A stretch of DNA of 63,621 nt, the filler included, from Rhabdomonas costata (Eukaryota), in the NCBI GenBank assembly GCA_019059605.1. It is 20 parts of 20 records of this genome, joined end to end, with 100 filler letters (N's around TTAATTAATTAA, not from the genome) between each part and the next. Parts side by side here need not be neighbours in the genome. Positions count along the whole stretch, not along the records: positions 25,515 to 28,601 come from JAHMHO010001404.1; positions 28,702 to 31,785 come from JAHMHO010001405.1; positions 31,886 to 34,972 come from JAHMHO010001406.1; positions 35,073 to 38,158 come from JAHMHO010001407.1; positions 38,259 to 41,343 come from JAHMHO010001408.1; 15 more parts are not named here. One strand, 5' to 3'. This document shows, piece after piece, positions 26,362-38,975 of this stretch. The translations under genes and the position numbers were made by a program. Numbering within the stretch: position 1 is the first letter of the stretch; the number at the start of each line of letters is the position of its first letter. Below the pieces are notes generated by a model that saw only the letters and a list, made by a program, of their open reading frames with translations, was not told where the DNA came from and did no database searches.

Positions 26362-27537
26362 GTGTATGAGTGTATGCGCAACTCTCCAAGGTTGTCGTTT
26401 TTTCTGTACAGGGGAGTTCCCGCTCTTAAGGTAGAAGCCATTCAGGGCGACGGTACCACCCAACTTCTGTTGGCAGTCCATCTTGCGGCTGACACTGAAC
26501 TACTTGGTGAAACAGAAAAAGTCCAGCAAGCCTGTGAATCCCTGGGGTACGAGGCGATTTCATCCTCCCCTTTGGCGCAAGCTTTGCTGGAGCTGTGGCA
26601 GTCGCTGCGTGGCAGTCCCCAGCTCTCATTTTTAAAGATCCAGGGGGCTGCTCAGCATTGCAACGTCTTGGCCCAATGGATTGCTGGGCTGTGCCTACAA
26701 AAGGGCCCCTCTTTTGCTCCAAGGATAGAAAACAACCCTAGCGCCGCCGTGCAATGGTTTCGAAAAGCCTCTGACCGAGGCTTTGCCCCAGCTCAGCTCA
26801 GCTTGTCCTTTTGTTACTCAGGCGGCAATGGGGTCCCCTTGAATCCTGCTGCAGCCGTGGAATGGTGCCAAAAAGCAGCTGAGCAGGGCTATTCCGCAGC
26901 ACATAATCGGTTGGGGCTGTTTCATGAAACAGCGTTTGGCGTGTCGAAAGATCTCGTTGCTACTGCAGAGTGGTATCGTAAAGCCGCTATGCAAGGTTAT
27001 CCCCATGCACTGCGTAACCTGGGGTATTGCTTGAAGAAAGGCTTTGGGGTGCCGAAGGACGAGGCGGCTGCAGTGGAAATGTATCGTAAGGCTGCCGACC
27101 GAGGCTTAGTTCCGGCGCAGTTCAACTTGGGTTTTTGCTACGAAAATGGTATTGGTGTGCCGAAAGACGAAAAGATGGCCTTGAAGTTGTATCTGCTCGC
27201 CGCGGCGCATGGCAATGCTAACGCCCAACATCAGCTTGGGCGTTTCTATGAGAATGGAGTGGTTTTTGCGAAGGACGAGAAGCTTGCTTTGGAATGGTAC
27301 AAGAAGTCCGCAGCTCTGAACTCCAAGTGGGCACAGTTCAGCTTGGGACAGTGCTACGAGAAGGGCATTGGTGTGGAGAAAAACAAGGACTTTGCCCTGG
27401 AGTGGTACCGCAAGTCTGGTGCGAAGGGTTACGAAGAGGCCATTGCCGCGCTTAACCGCCTGGGGGAGAGTACCGAGAGCCTACAGTTGGGGGCAGAAAG
27501 AAGGTCAAAGATGGTGTTGGTCATGACTAATCCCTAG
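26362..27537 (+). CDS. Sel1-like repeat protein (large terminal exon)
   Basis: 391-aa ORF with about 6 repeats of type A..W.RKAA..G...AQ..LG.CY..G.GVPKD. The true start is probably in an upstream exon (acceptor near 26411). Confidence 0.92.
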   Translation: MYECMRNSPRLSFFLYRGVPALKVEAIQGDGTTQLLLAVHLAADTELLGETEKVQQACESLGYEAISSSPLAQALLELWQSLRGSPQLSFLKIQGAAQHCNVLAQWIAGLCLQKGPSFAPRIENNPSAAVQWFRKASDRGFAPAQLSLSFCYSGGNGVPLNPAAAVEWCQKAAEQGYSAAHNRLGLFHETAFGVSKDLVATAEWYRKAAMQGYPHALRNLGYCLKKGFGVPKDEAAAVEMYRKAADRGLVPAQFNLGFCYENGIGVPKDEKMALKLYLLAAAHGNANAQHQLGRFYENGVVFAKDEKLALEWYKKSAALNSKWAQFSLGQCYEKGIGVEKNKDFALEWYRKSGAKGYEEAIAALNRLGESTESLQLGAERRSKMVLVMTNP

Positions 27538-29072
27538 GTTGTGTTTCGGAAATAGCCGGAAGAGAATTTTGATTCCATGCCAGTTTTCGAGTTTTTCGAG
27601 GGAGGCGCGCATGTGAGAATTCCACATTCCCTCCTTATTGATTCTGCCACTCTTCTCATTGTACAGCTCGGCTTCAAAATTCTGTTTCTTTCGGGTTCTG
27701 CGTGCTGTGGTTGTGTTGTTTCAGCTCGTGGTTGATTCTTCTTCGCGTGCGTGTGTTTGGTTTGTAATTCATTAGTGGTAGATCTCCTCACCACACTGCA
27801 CAAAGTCAGCCCTTCTGGGGAAGCTGGAGCCTGAGAGACCCTGCTCCTCTTGTACACTATGTATGTCTTTGCTGGGGTCAAACTCGTTGAACATCACTAT
27901 CTTGTCTACAGCCTTCCGAGATGTCAAAGACAAAATTTGTTACCGTTCACCCACATTCACATTCTCTGAACGAACCCAGGTTTCATCTCCCTCTGCAGAG
28001 GGAAGCAAATTTTATTTTCTGTGGTGGTTGCTCTCTCATCCACCCGAAACTGCTTCACATTGCTGAAACACCACCACCAGCAGCAGCAGACTACGTTGCC
28101 CGAGGTTGGGCAAATTTTCACAACTGTGGACGAAGACGGAGACCCGAGGTTCTTTTGTACGGTGGGCCTTCGAACGAACGTTTATAAAAATAAATTAAAA
28201 CCAGGTGAAAAATGTTCTGATAAAAACGTAAATCCAGGGTTCCCGAAAACTTTTTTTAAAAAAAGAGTAATAAAAACGATGCAAATTCCAAAACTATCGT
28301 TTACAGAAGCCACGTTTAACGATTTTGTGAAAAGCGTTAATTGGCTTTCGTGATCTTTCAAGAAAAACTTGTGTGCCGATGACAGTGCTGTGAGGGAAGA
28401 CCAACCTGAACAAAAAATTTCCCTGAAAATCGTGAAAGCATCGGCAGTCCTTCAAGAGCTGCTTTGCTTATTTATTAATGAGTTACCCCAAGGCTCCAAT
28501 TATTCCCTTGCAGCACAGGTGCTCTACGAAGTAACCACAACAACAGTGGCACTGTTCCGCTTGGTCCACGACACATACAGAGAAGCACGAAACAACACCC
28601 CNNNNNNNNNNNNNNNNNNNNNNNNNNNNNNNNNNNNNNNNNNNNTTAATTAATTAANNNNNNNNNNNNNNNNNNNNNNNNNNNNNNNNNNNNNNNNNNN
28701 NTGTTGGTTTTAAAGGCATGAGAAGCTTCAAGGCCACCCCCTCAAAGAAATTTCACTGTTAACAATCTCCCGCAACATTCGCGAAAAATTGTTAACAGTG
28801 AAATTTCTTTGAGGGGGTGGCCTTGAAGCTTCTCATGCCTTTAACACCACCGCGGCTTGGTCTAGTCTCGCGTCTTTGTTTCTCTATAAAATGTCTATGT
28901 GTTCCAAGTAGTCAAGGGACTGTGTGCAAAAATTCAAAATTCCATTCCATTTAATTCCATTGAACTCACATCAATGGATTTAAACCAGTCCGCATAGGCA
29001 CCGCCTTAATGGTCATTGGCTTGCGTCCTGCCAATAGTGGTTGGCTTCAGAGGGGAAAAATGTCATACCAAC

Positions 29073-29403
29073 TTCACTCTTCACCGATGCCAGCCCAGAG
29101 CTCCCGGCTTTCTGCTTGTTCACTACTTTCAGGGCATAATCTCCGGCCTTTTCCTTGTGCGTGCACCGGAACACCTCGGCGTATGAGCCGGACCCTGCGA
29201 GAGAGAACCACCGCGGTGCTAAACAAAGAAAAGACACCCACCAAAACGGCGAAAATGGTTTGCAATTGTCTGCCATGAGCATGTCCCTGAATACGCATTC
29301 AATGGGTCAATGGGCGACAATAAGCACAACAAAGCGGACAAAAGGCAACGCGAGGCATACCCAGGGCCTCCTTGATCGTGTACTCGGCCTCAAACTTCGA
29401 CAT
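29073..29403 (-). CDS. Ser/Thr protein kinase (CAMK-like), N-lobe exons
   Basis: Exons 29403-29361 and 29194-29073: SKFEAEYTIKEALG|SGSYAEVFRC...YALKVVNK...VKSE (Gly loop, VAIK lysine, helix C Glu). Confidence 0.88.
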
Positions 29404-32400
29404 TCACGGAACGAAAAGCAGGGGAACCACGGAAAGAAAAATGTCAGCAGTAATGAAACAGCAAAACGCAGACACACACTGAGCTGGCGTTGGGAAAAGA
29501 GGGCACGTCGGAGGGACATCCCGATTTGTTTTTGGGGTTTCCCTTATCATCAACACCTTGCTTTTGTGTCCCAACCTGCAAAGGTATCTCATCGTCCCAC
29601 TCATTTCATTTCCACTCATCAATTTTGCAGTGACATGTGCGGTGTTGTGTTACAATTGCCACCTGGAGAAAAGACGAGAGAAGCGTGCGTGAGGTCAATT
29701 TGCTTTGAAGAGAAACTTCAGACTTCTGCAGTTCTCGAAATTCGACATCTTCCTGTCAACCACGAATTTCCACCAATTTCAGTCGCAGCACTGGGACGAA
29801 ACTCCAGTCTTGAAAATGTCGGACACTTGTTCCAACCCCAACCAAAAATTCAGAGGGCGAACGCAGACCGAAGGGGAAGCACAAAGTTGCTCGGTACCTC
29901 GGCAAACGGCTCACCGAATGCCCACCCCAATCAAAACGACGGAACCAACATCAGGGTTGAAAAAAAGCAAATGGATGCACGACCGCTCGCGACACGTGCG
30001 GTCGAGAAGGAAGTACAGTCTAGCAATGGCACGGAAACCTCGGTCGGAAGAGCGCAACGGCAGCCAGCCAATTCAAAATAAATATTTCCGTATGGCAATT
30101 ACGAAGTGGTGCTTGTGTGAGGGACCCCTGTGAACGCTTAACTGTGCCCTTTTGGTGACCTGGGACGACGTTTGGGTTGAGGACGTTCAGGGTTGAAGTC
30201 AGTCACGGCCCGGTCCCCAGTCCATTATGTTCATCCGAATGTCCATTCGACGAAATCTGATTGAGAACGGAACTATGCCGCCGCTGACGCCAGCCCTGAC
30301 AATCGCCCTCGGCAACAAGCGCGCACAACGTGTGTGATCCTAAAACACAGCACTGGCGCCCAGTGGACAAAGTTCGAAAGAGGGCGTGACAGCCTCGTTT
30401 CCCGCCCACGCCACCCTGCAACCCACACTCCTATGGGAAAAAGGTAGAGAAAGATGTGCGGGAAGGGAACAACCGATCCACCGCAAAAGGCGCACAACAC
30501 TCACATGAGACAGTCCAGGGCCTCAGAAAGTTTTTCATGACTACCCCGGCGCATTTGGTGAGGCTTTTTGACGAGGAACGGGGGACATCTCCTGTTCACC
30601 TAAAGGCACAAAAGAATAGCAATTTGCGTGCAGACACCCAGGCAACGCGTGCATGCGAGGGACCTCCTTTCTGTTTCCATCCATCCTCTTATCGTCTTTT
30701 CGTCCAAGGTCAAAATAGTATTGTGACACAAGCGGACTAAGCCGAACGAGGCCTGGGATCTTTTATATACAGTAAGGAGGTATTGAAAGTATTGAAGGTA
30801 TTGAAAGCAAAATAAAAAAATAGTTGATGAAAGCGAGGGCTGTCGTTTTGAACGTGTTGATCAGAGAAAATGGCGTCAAAACCAGGGCATCGGGCATCGA
30901 AATGAGGCAGATGGGTAATGGCATGTTGTTCAAACGGGTAATGGCAAACCAAGAATACCGTGAAGGTCAGGTCGCGCGTCGGGTCATCCTCACTCCGCAG
31001 GGTCACTTGAGTGAGGGCTTTGTTGCAGCGGAAGGCCTTCTTCGCAGCGCGGGCAGCATCAGCTGCACAAAACACCTGGAAACGAGAAGCCAACGTATCC
31101 GTTAACCTTGACTGGACTTCGGTGGCGCAACGGAGCAATTAGACAGAGATGAAAATCAAATGACATAATTGCTCTTTTTCTGGGGGAAGGTGATTGTATG
31201 GTGACAGGGTGATTGCATTTGCTCAGAGTCGGCTTTAAAAAAAAGTCGACAATTTGTCCCAATTTAAAACATTTCTTTCCGCACCGCACCGTGTGTGTGG
31301 TGTCTGTCGAATTACAGAATTTTGCATTCGCATGTTCCCCAGGATACACGCCAGTGTATTGTATATTGTACGACGGCCATTTTGTCACGTTCGATAAACT
31401 ATTTTATCACGACTGTCATTAGCGGTTCAACAATTAAACGCAAGCGCAACGGGCACACGCACACAGTCACTCCTGCTAATCAATCGCTGAACACAAGGGG
31501 CACAGAAACATGGGGTAAAACAAAACGGGAAAGCTCAATGTGTGCGCCCGGGTGCAGCAGTGGGTTGGTTAGCAAGTAAGCGGTCGACAATAGCAGACAG
31601 AGGGTAAGGCAAGGTCGGAAGACGATGGAAAACCGGGGGGAATTCGAAGACATCAAACGCCCTCTTGCAAGTAAAAACACAGGCCATCGAAAACTCAGAG
31701 AATAAAACAGTTCGACCATAAGATTTTTATACAACTTTTTACTGTTTTCTTTTGTTTTTTTGAACAACTGTAAGAAATACAAAAANNNNNNNNNNNNNNN
31801 NNNNNNNNNNNNNNNNNNNNNNNNNNNNNTTAATTAATTAANNNNNNNNNNNNNNNNNNNNNNNNNNNNNNNNNNNNNNNNNNNNGGTGGTGGGAAACAA
31901 TAGAACTTCAAAGGCAGTACGTGTGAGGATACCTCCGCGTCCTTCCTCATAAGCTGGGCGTTAGGTCACAAAGACCGCTTGCATTCGCTCATCCTCTTGA
32001 CTTGTTCTTCTGCCTTGGTTGTGTTGGTACTGTTTCCCTCCTGTATCGCCTTCTTGGCCGCGCGCTTTGCTTCAGAGCTTTGTATTTTTGCTCTCTGCGG
32101 CATGACACCTGACATTATTACAATTTTGGCTTTGCCTGTTTTGTAAAACGCCGATTGAATCCATGAATTGTTCTGCGCGATCTGAGGTTTTGCCCCCCCC
32201 TCCCCTCCCCCCATGCAAGAGCCCGGCTCATGGGCTCATAAAAACAAACAATTAGGGTCAATGTCCAGCGTCAAGAGTCCTCCATGCAGCATGACAAAGG
32301 TAGTGAATGTCCAGCGGTAAAGGTCCTCCAGCCCGGCTTGCCGCAGTGCCGCAGATAGGAAGGCTGGAAGCTCGTCCCAGCTATAAAAAACGGTGGCTGG

Positions 32401-32423
32401 AAGGAGAAAGCCAACAAACACAC

Positions 32424-34267
32424 CTTGTACAGCTCCTCAGCGCGGGACTGACTTTGCAGGAAGACTAGCACAGGGAAGCGAATCCCTTCGCCCATCAGCT
32501 GCCGCACCGTGGGCAGCTTGCTCTCCTCCGTGCCGCAGAACACCAGCCGCTGCTCCACGCTGGGGTTGCTGCCCACCCTGTGGCCTGAGAAGGGCCACCA
32601 GACAGAGGCCACCCTCACGCACACAGAGATGGAGCACAGCTGTAAGACTACACGGTCTCCACTGGGGCACGGCATAACAGATAAGCAAAACATCCTGCTA
32701 CAACCAAAGCAAGCGCACATGCAACCAAAGCAAGCGCACAGTCGCTTTCTTGCATGTGCCCATGCACCGTGCCGTGCTGCAGTCAAGAAGGAGAACTGAA
32801 CGAAATTATCTGCAGTGAGGGAGAGAGGGGGGGGTAGACTTTCCGGCACAGACCGACAAGCAGTCTGACGGGGTTCCTGAGCAGAGTGCGAGCCAGCCGC
32901 TCCACGGTGTCCGGCATGGTCGCGCTGAGCAGCGCTCGAGTCACAGAGGGACTGGTACACGCGGAGAGCACCTGGCACCCCGCACCCCACCTCCTCAATT
33001 CCCCAGCATCCGGTCAAGCCAGCGTATCCTCCCATTCCCTGTCGTAACAGAAGCTGCTTCAAGGAAAATATTTCACACAGCCGAGGACAATGAGGAAAAA
33101 GGAAAAGGCCCCCCAAAAGGCAAGCCCTGCGAACATCCCCATGGGGGAAAAACGCGGGGCTGGTGCTTTTTTTCATCATTAAAAAGACACTCTTTCCCCT
33201 GCCCTTGGCGCAGCTATGGTCTGCTGTGGTGATAAGACTTCCAAAAGAATATCAGAGCAAACTGTGGAGTTCAGGTGTCCGCGGGTTAGGAAGCACAACA
33301 TTATTACAAAGATAAAAGGACACGGACGCGAGCAATAACAGAAAAAAATGTCCACAAAAAGACGAATCATAAAGTGATTTATTTTAAGATGGAAGTGGAA
33401 ACTTGGCAAAGGCGACAAGGGAAAAGGGACGAAGCATAACACGTTGAACAACGTGGGTCGGGCCAACGAGTCCGTGGGTAGAAGTTTAGTATAGTGGTTA
33501 TCACTACACATTCCCATCACCACATTCCCCCCTTCACCCTGACACCTCCCCCCCCTGCCTATGTGTACCTTCCCAATCTGGCGGTGGAAGAGCTTGCTCA
33601 GCAGGCGGTCTGCCTCATCCAGAATCAGCAGCTCAAGCTTGGCCAGGGCCCCCGGGGCCTTCTCCAAAAGTTTCAGCAGCCGCAGCGGGGTGGACAGCAC
33701 GATGTCCAGCACGCCCTGCACCGAGAGCTCCTCGCACTGCCGGCGCTCCGCGATGCCCCCGGTGATCACCCCAATCTAAGCCGCAGGGGGGCATTTCTCA
33801 AAGATATGCTCACTCTCCCGCAACTCTTTTTTTTTGTGCACCGTGTCGTCTTCTCCTCTTTTTCTTCTCTTCCGGTCACAACCAGCGCTCCAGATGCTCC
33901 GGGTGTCTGCTACCTTAGTGACAAAATGCGAACTTATTCGTGCAGGGGGGAGGGGGCAGAATTCTCTCAGCTTTATCAGAGACAGCTTTATCCAGAACAT
34001 ACACAGAGTCCTGAGTCCGACACACAAAGCAGCAGCATCCAGGCAAGCGAAGGAAGTAAACGAACGGTGTAAGTGGAGTATAAGAAACTACCCCGATGCT
34101 GGTGTGGAAACGGAGCAGCTTCTGCAGCTCGGAGTGGGTCTGCCGCAGCAGCTCCCGGGTTGGGGCCAGGAGCATCGCAGAGATCCCCTCGTAGGGGGCG
34201 TTCGCGGCATGGCTCCTCCCTACTGCCTCCACCACAGGGATCAGGAACGCCATCGTTTTCCCACTGC
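32424..34267 (-). CDS. DDX52: DEAD-box RNA helicase, DDX52/ROK1-like, internal exons
   Basis: Exons 34267-34092, 33775-33569, 32971-32854 and 32584-32424: GSGKT, LAPTREL, STPLRL, LDEADRL, SAT, VEQRLVFCGTEESKL, PVLVFLQS..RA.ELY. Confidence 0.85.
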
Positions 34268-36668
34268 CTATATCGCCCCCCAACACGCAGAACCATCGCA
34301 GACCTGGTGTAGTTTAAGGACAGAAATTGCACAACAGTGGTTGCAACATAGTTTTTTAACCAACCATTTTCTGGCTGCACTGCTCCTGGGTTTCCTTGCT
34401 TCCAATGTGTGCCGTTTTTGTTTGGGGGACCTCAAATGCCCCACTCAACACAGGCCCAACCACAAAGTCTGTCGCACAACCAAGGGCAACAAAAATGTAG
34501 GCGCCCCACAGCTCGAACAGCACGCAACCACAGAGACTCAGCGATAGCTGCGCTCTTTCTTCTTTCGCTGCCGATGGCCTTCCCATCCTCCGTTATTCTG
34601 CACCCATTGTTTTCTTTATGCATGTCTTGAAAAAAAGACCCACCGTAACAAACAGCTTCAGCTTCGGGAGGGAGACAGCAAGAGAAAGACAGAGAGAGGC
34701 CGATTACAGCAAGCGCAACTAGTCGTCGCGTGGATCACTAGAGGCGCGGATTTGTGCCTTTTTAAGATGCAGTCAACCGGGGTACCAACAGCATCTCACT
34801 AAAAGTGCAATCATCTCGCCTCGTTTGCATCTTCAACGGTAGCCACTCATCAAAACTGAAAATGAACGCAAGGCTGGCGTTGGTAAAGTGAGAGCTAGAG
34901 ACAGAATGAAAATGGTAAAAGGGGTTCTTTGCCGAAATTGTTTCCGGAATCCAATCGTTCCACCAAAACCCCNNNNNNNNNNNNNNNNNNNNNNNNNNNN
35001 NNNNNNNNNNNNNNNNTTAATTAATTAANNNNNNNNNNNNNNNNNNNNNNNNNNNNNNNNNNNNNNNNNNNNGGGGTTGTGTTGGAATTCTGCGTGTAGG
35101 GTCGAAGGTTTCAACGTAGGGGGTGTTCCGGGCACTGTCAAGCTGAGTCACAGGATGCATGCCTTCTGTGTTTCTAGGGGCCTTGGGGTGTTTCTTTGCC
35201 GGTCGGGATGCCTTCACTGCGTTCCGTCATCCCATGATGGTTCACTCGTGAAACTAGTTGAAACTAGAGCCGCGGAGTTACACAAACGTTTTAAATCAGG
35301 GGTCGCGGGGTGCGGTCCTATCGGCCCGCCGCGAAAGGAAAGGCTTTCCGGCCACGCTTTTCCAGTTTTCAACGCCAATGTTTCAAACAGCGGCAATACG
35401 GAGACCGTGGCGGGTGAACCGCTCAGGACCGTCAAGGATTCAGGGAAAGGGCTACCGATAGGAAGGAATTATTTTCAACGAATCTCTCAATTCCCTGCAA
35501 ACACGCCTATTGGCCACACATCCTATGACATTTCAACACATACACAAACCACACCGATTTGGATGTCGAAAGCAAAAAAATACCAATTCCCCAACAGATC
35601 CTATAACCTGGTGGGATTGGGGAAATCACAACAGATAATCAATGGACATCCGCAGACTGGCGCAGGCAAAAACTAAAAGATTCCCCTTTCAACCTGTGGG
35701 GTCGTAAGCTCCCCGGCGGCAGTTGCTGCTGCTGCGTTGTGCCGGGCTTCTTGGGCGCCGTGCGTCGTCATCGGGGCGGCGGCCGCCGGGACCAAGGAAA
35801 CGGCCCTTGTCCCTTAAGAAGGCCGACGGCAATGGGCACCCCGATTGCCGGTTCGCGACAGGCATTTCTGGAGCGCACGCCAGGCCGAGGAAACACACCC
35901 GAGCAACGGCGGAGCCCGGCAGAAGCAGAAATGGAAAAGCGACGGATTTTTCAACAAGAAACTACAGCAGCAACAGTGCTTGCGGCAAAAACGGAAAGCC
36001 CCAATATGGTTTGGTGGGCAGAGACGGCGTCATGTGCCCTCTGTTGCGGTCAGGGGGGCGATCCAATGAACGAAGGCCCCTGCCGAACCCAGTCCGGTAA
36101 GCGGTCTGGGCCGCGCGCTGGTCAGGCAGGTCGTGCAGTCAGCGCGGACGGAAAAACACATAGGGCAGGGTCGATCAGGGGTCGACCCGAACGGCTAGGT
36201 CGGCTTGTGGCTCGGCCTCGGTGGGCGGTGGCTGTACGAAGGGGCGGCCGGTGGATCGCTTTTCAGGTCTGTCGGCGCAAAGAAGGGGCAAAGAGCACCC
36301 CGAAGAAACCCAACTCCGGAGACACTCACATGGCCAAAGCATGCCGGTTCGTGACGGGGGTGGTGGCGTGACTTTCTTTAAATTCAGCTGGTTGGTTGCG
36401 GTGATGTGGGGTCTAATCAGCGCCCGGTGTCAAAACCAGCCACTCAGCCTATCACAGTGCTCTGGGAACCAGTACAATCGAGCTGTGAGTGCACACATAC
36501 AATGTTCCATGATGTGTGATATCTGCCTGCACCGGGGGGCGAAGTAATCACGGCCGGACACGCTACCGACCATCGGCACCCAAATCGCAGCGCCGGCCGG
36601 AGCCCGCAGACTGGCAGGCAGACAGACAGGCTGGCTGGCAGGCTGGAGAGGGAAGTCATTGCCCGGTT

Positions 36669-37722
36669 CTATGTCTTTTCTGCCTCAGCGGCTTCCGAGG
36701 CCTTTAGGCTCATCTTGGTGCGCTCAAGTAGCACCAGGAAGACCCAGCTGACCAGCGCGGAGAAGATGAACAGGGCATCAAACCACCGGTGGTAAAAGTT
36801 GTACTGGATATCCCGCCCCAGAACCTGTGAGCACCCCATCAGACACGTCCGTTAAGGGCCACCTAAGGTTGTGTGCACCTATTGTGCAGGCGAGTGTGGG
36901 AAGGAGGCATGTCAAGAGTGCTTTCTGTGGCACATATGCGCCAAAGTTGGCAATACGTCCGAAACCTTACGCGCAACAGGAACCTTACCAACTCTTCTGA
37001 CGAATGCCATCATCGTATTCTGAGTCATGTGAATGCTTCTCGGTACGGGTCATTACCGTAGTCCGAAGTCGATTGGGGAGAACCTCCCGCAAACCGGGCC
37101 CCCATAATAGCTCATTAAAACCATTAGATGGGGCACAATCCTGAGAGAAACTGGAGCGGAGTCCCTCGAAAATGGGAAGAGTCTCCGACTGGGCAGGGAG
37201 GAGCTCTGAGGGTTGCAGTCACGTACCAGCACTAACCTGGTGGCCAACCTGAACACCGAGAACATGCAGTACTATGACGGTTGCAGGCCCATCGTCTCTG
37301 CTCCTTTTCTTTGAAGTTCCGCTAGTTCCGCTTCTGGCTTCCTGATTTCGTGCGCGCGTGTCCTATATCATTTCGCAGGAGGCGTGTTGAGGGCTTGAAA
37401 TGTGCAGGTGAAGTGTAGGTGGCCGATGTGGACTGAAGGGTGCGCGCGCGATGTTTGCCACGCCAGCTCGCGAGAGGTGCCTTCAGAGCGAGCAGCGAGC
37501 GGTGCCGTGGGGTCGCAGTCCCCGCCCCCGGCGCGGCACCGGCTAACCGCTAATGAGAGGTTGGAGTGTTTGTGTGACCTGGGTTAGCATCCCACGGTAC
37601 TTCAGTGGGAGATTCACCCGGATAAGCATCACCATGGAGGTGAAGTACATCCCCATCAGCTGCGCCAGGAACACCACCAGGGAGCTGTAGCTCACCACGC
37701 GGTGCAGCCAAAGGTCGGTCAC
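36669..37722 (-). CDS. GPR89: GPR89/GPHR (Golgi pH regulator, GTG-like), last two exons
   Basis: Exons 37722-37579 and 36824-36669: LAQLMGMYFTSMVMLIR.NLP..YR...TQ|VLG.DIQYNFYHRWFD.LF..SAL, then TAG. Confidence 0.9.
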
Positions 37723-38975
37723 CTGTGCCACCCGGGGCGGAGTGGGTGTGTGCGCGCAGGGGAGGGGAGAGGTAAGAGCGTTCACAGTCTTCGAGATAAA
37801 AGCGTGGACCAGCTGCGGTGCAGCGCCGTGGTGTCGGGGTTATCTTTCCTGAGCATGGGAGCATCAGTGAGAGGGTCCCCTCTTCGGGTCGTGAAGGCTG
37901 TGGTAGGCAGCACTGGCTCTGGTCGCCCTTGTTGGGGAACCAGGGGAACGCACAGCATCTCGACCCGATCGTTATTGATCACCGAGAGAGCTTAAGATTG
38001 GCGTACATCCTCCTCGTCCACACGCACGCCGGTGATGCGGCCCCTGCCATCCTTTTTGACTCCAGTGCCCCAGTGTCCCATGCCAGAGCCACGCAAGAGA
38101 CGGAGCGGCTCCACTAACCCTCTCTCCTGAACTACTGCACGTTCCCACACCCAACTCANNNNNNNNNNNNNNNNNNNNNNNNNNNNNNNNNNNNNNNNNN
38201 NNTTAATTAATTAANNNNNNNNNNNNNNNNNNNNNNNNNNNNNNNNNNNNNNNNNNNNGCTTTGCCCTTTTTACTTCTTAATTTTCGCCTACACCAATTG
38301 GATCGGAGGGAGTCAAATGACAAAAAGTCTATGTCTATGTGTTCACCCATTTTGCCGGTGATTCAAACTGACTGTATGTATGTTTTGTTTGAATGGCATG
38401 ATTCTCAGAATGTCCCTTTTTCTTTTTTGTGGTGACTGAGTGAAACGGAGTGCAGAGCACAAGAGTTCGTTAACTTGGGGCGGTGTGTGTTTCTCCAAAG
38501 AAAAAATCCGACTGCCTCCATTCGCCTCCATGTAACTGGCTCTGAGACTTCGCAAGCCCATATGCTAAATCTGTTCGAAATACGTGTGAATACTCCAGTA
38601 TACTCATGCAATGATCGTTGCACCGCATTCTTAGTTGCGTTTTCAATTGAGATGCGCCCAAATCTCTTGACCGTTAGATGCCAAGCAAAGCCAGGCATGT
38701 TTCGTATGTGCATGCGCTTGCGTGCTTACTAGTGTGTGCAGGAGGGTGGGCCTCCTTCCAAATACGTCCAGCCATTTTGTACGACAGAATTGTCCGATCG
38801 CTCGTTTGCCCGCATCGATGTGTTGCACGCAGGGCAGGGCTGAGTTTGGGTTTGTGTTTGGGTCGGGTACCCCAAGGAGGTTCTGTCACTCCTCCTGTGG
38901 CCCCCCTTTTTCGTCTGCTCTTCAACACAGCACAAACAAACTTTCTTTTGCCACGCTCTCTGCGGCGGTTCAAGA

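Noticed and set aside
28021-28601. Two same-frame ORFs separated by one TGA (28351-28353), suggesting stop-codon recoding
   Set aside because: The ADH (1478) and SGNH (23716) genes end in TGA, the recognisable conserved exons contain no in-frame TGA, and the peptide has no recognisable homology.
29155-30081. 308-aa plus-strand ORF, and similar long ORFs at 8105-9518, 32271-33179 and 38729-39652
   Set aside because: No motifs or coding-like codon bias. They are antisense shadows or read-through across introns of real genes.
35689-36371. GC-rich tract as an rRNA or other ncRNA
   Set aside because: I could not recognise any conserved rRNA, tRNA, snRNA or spliced-leader motif.
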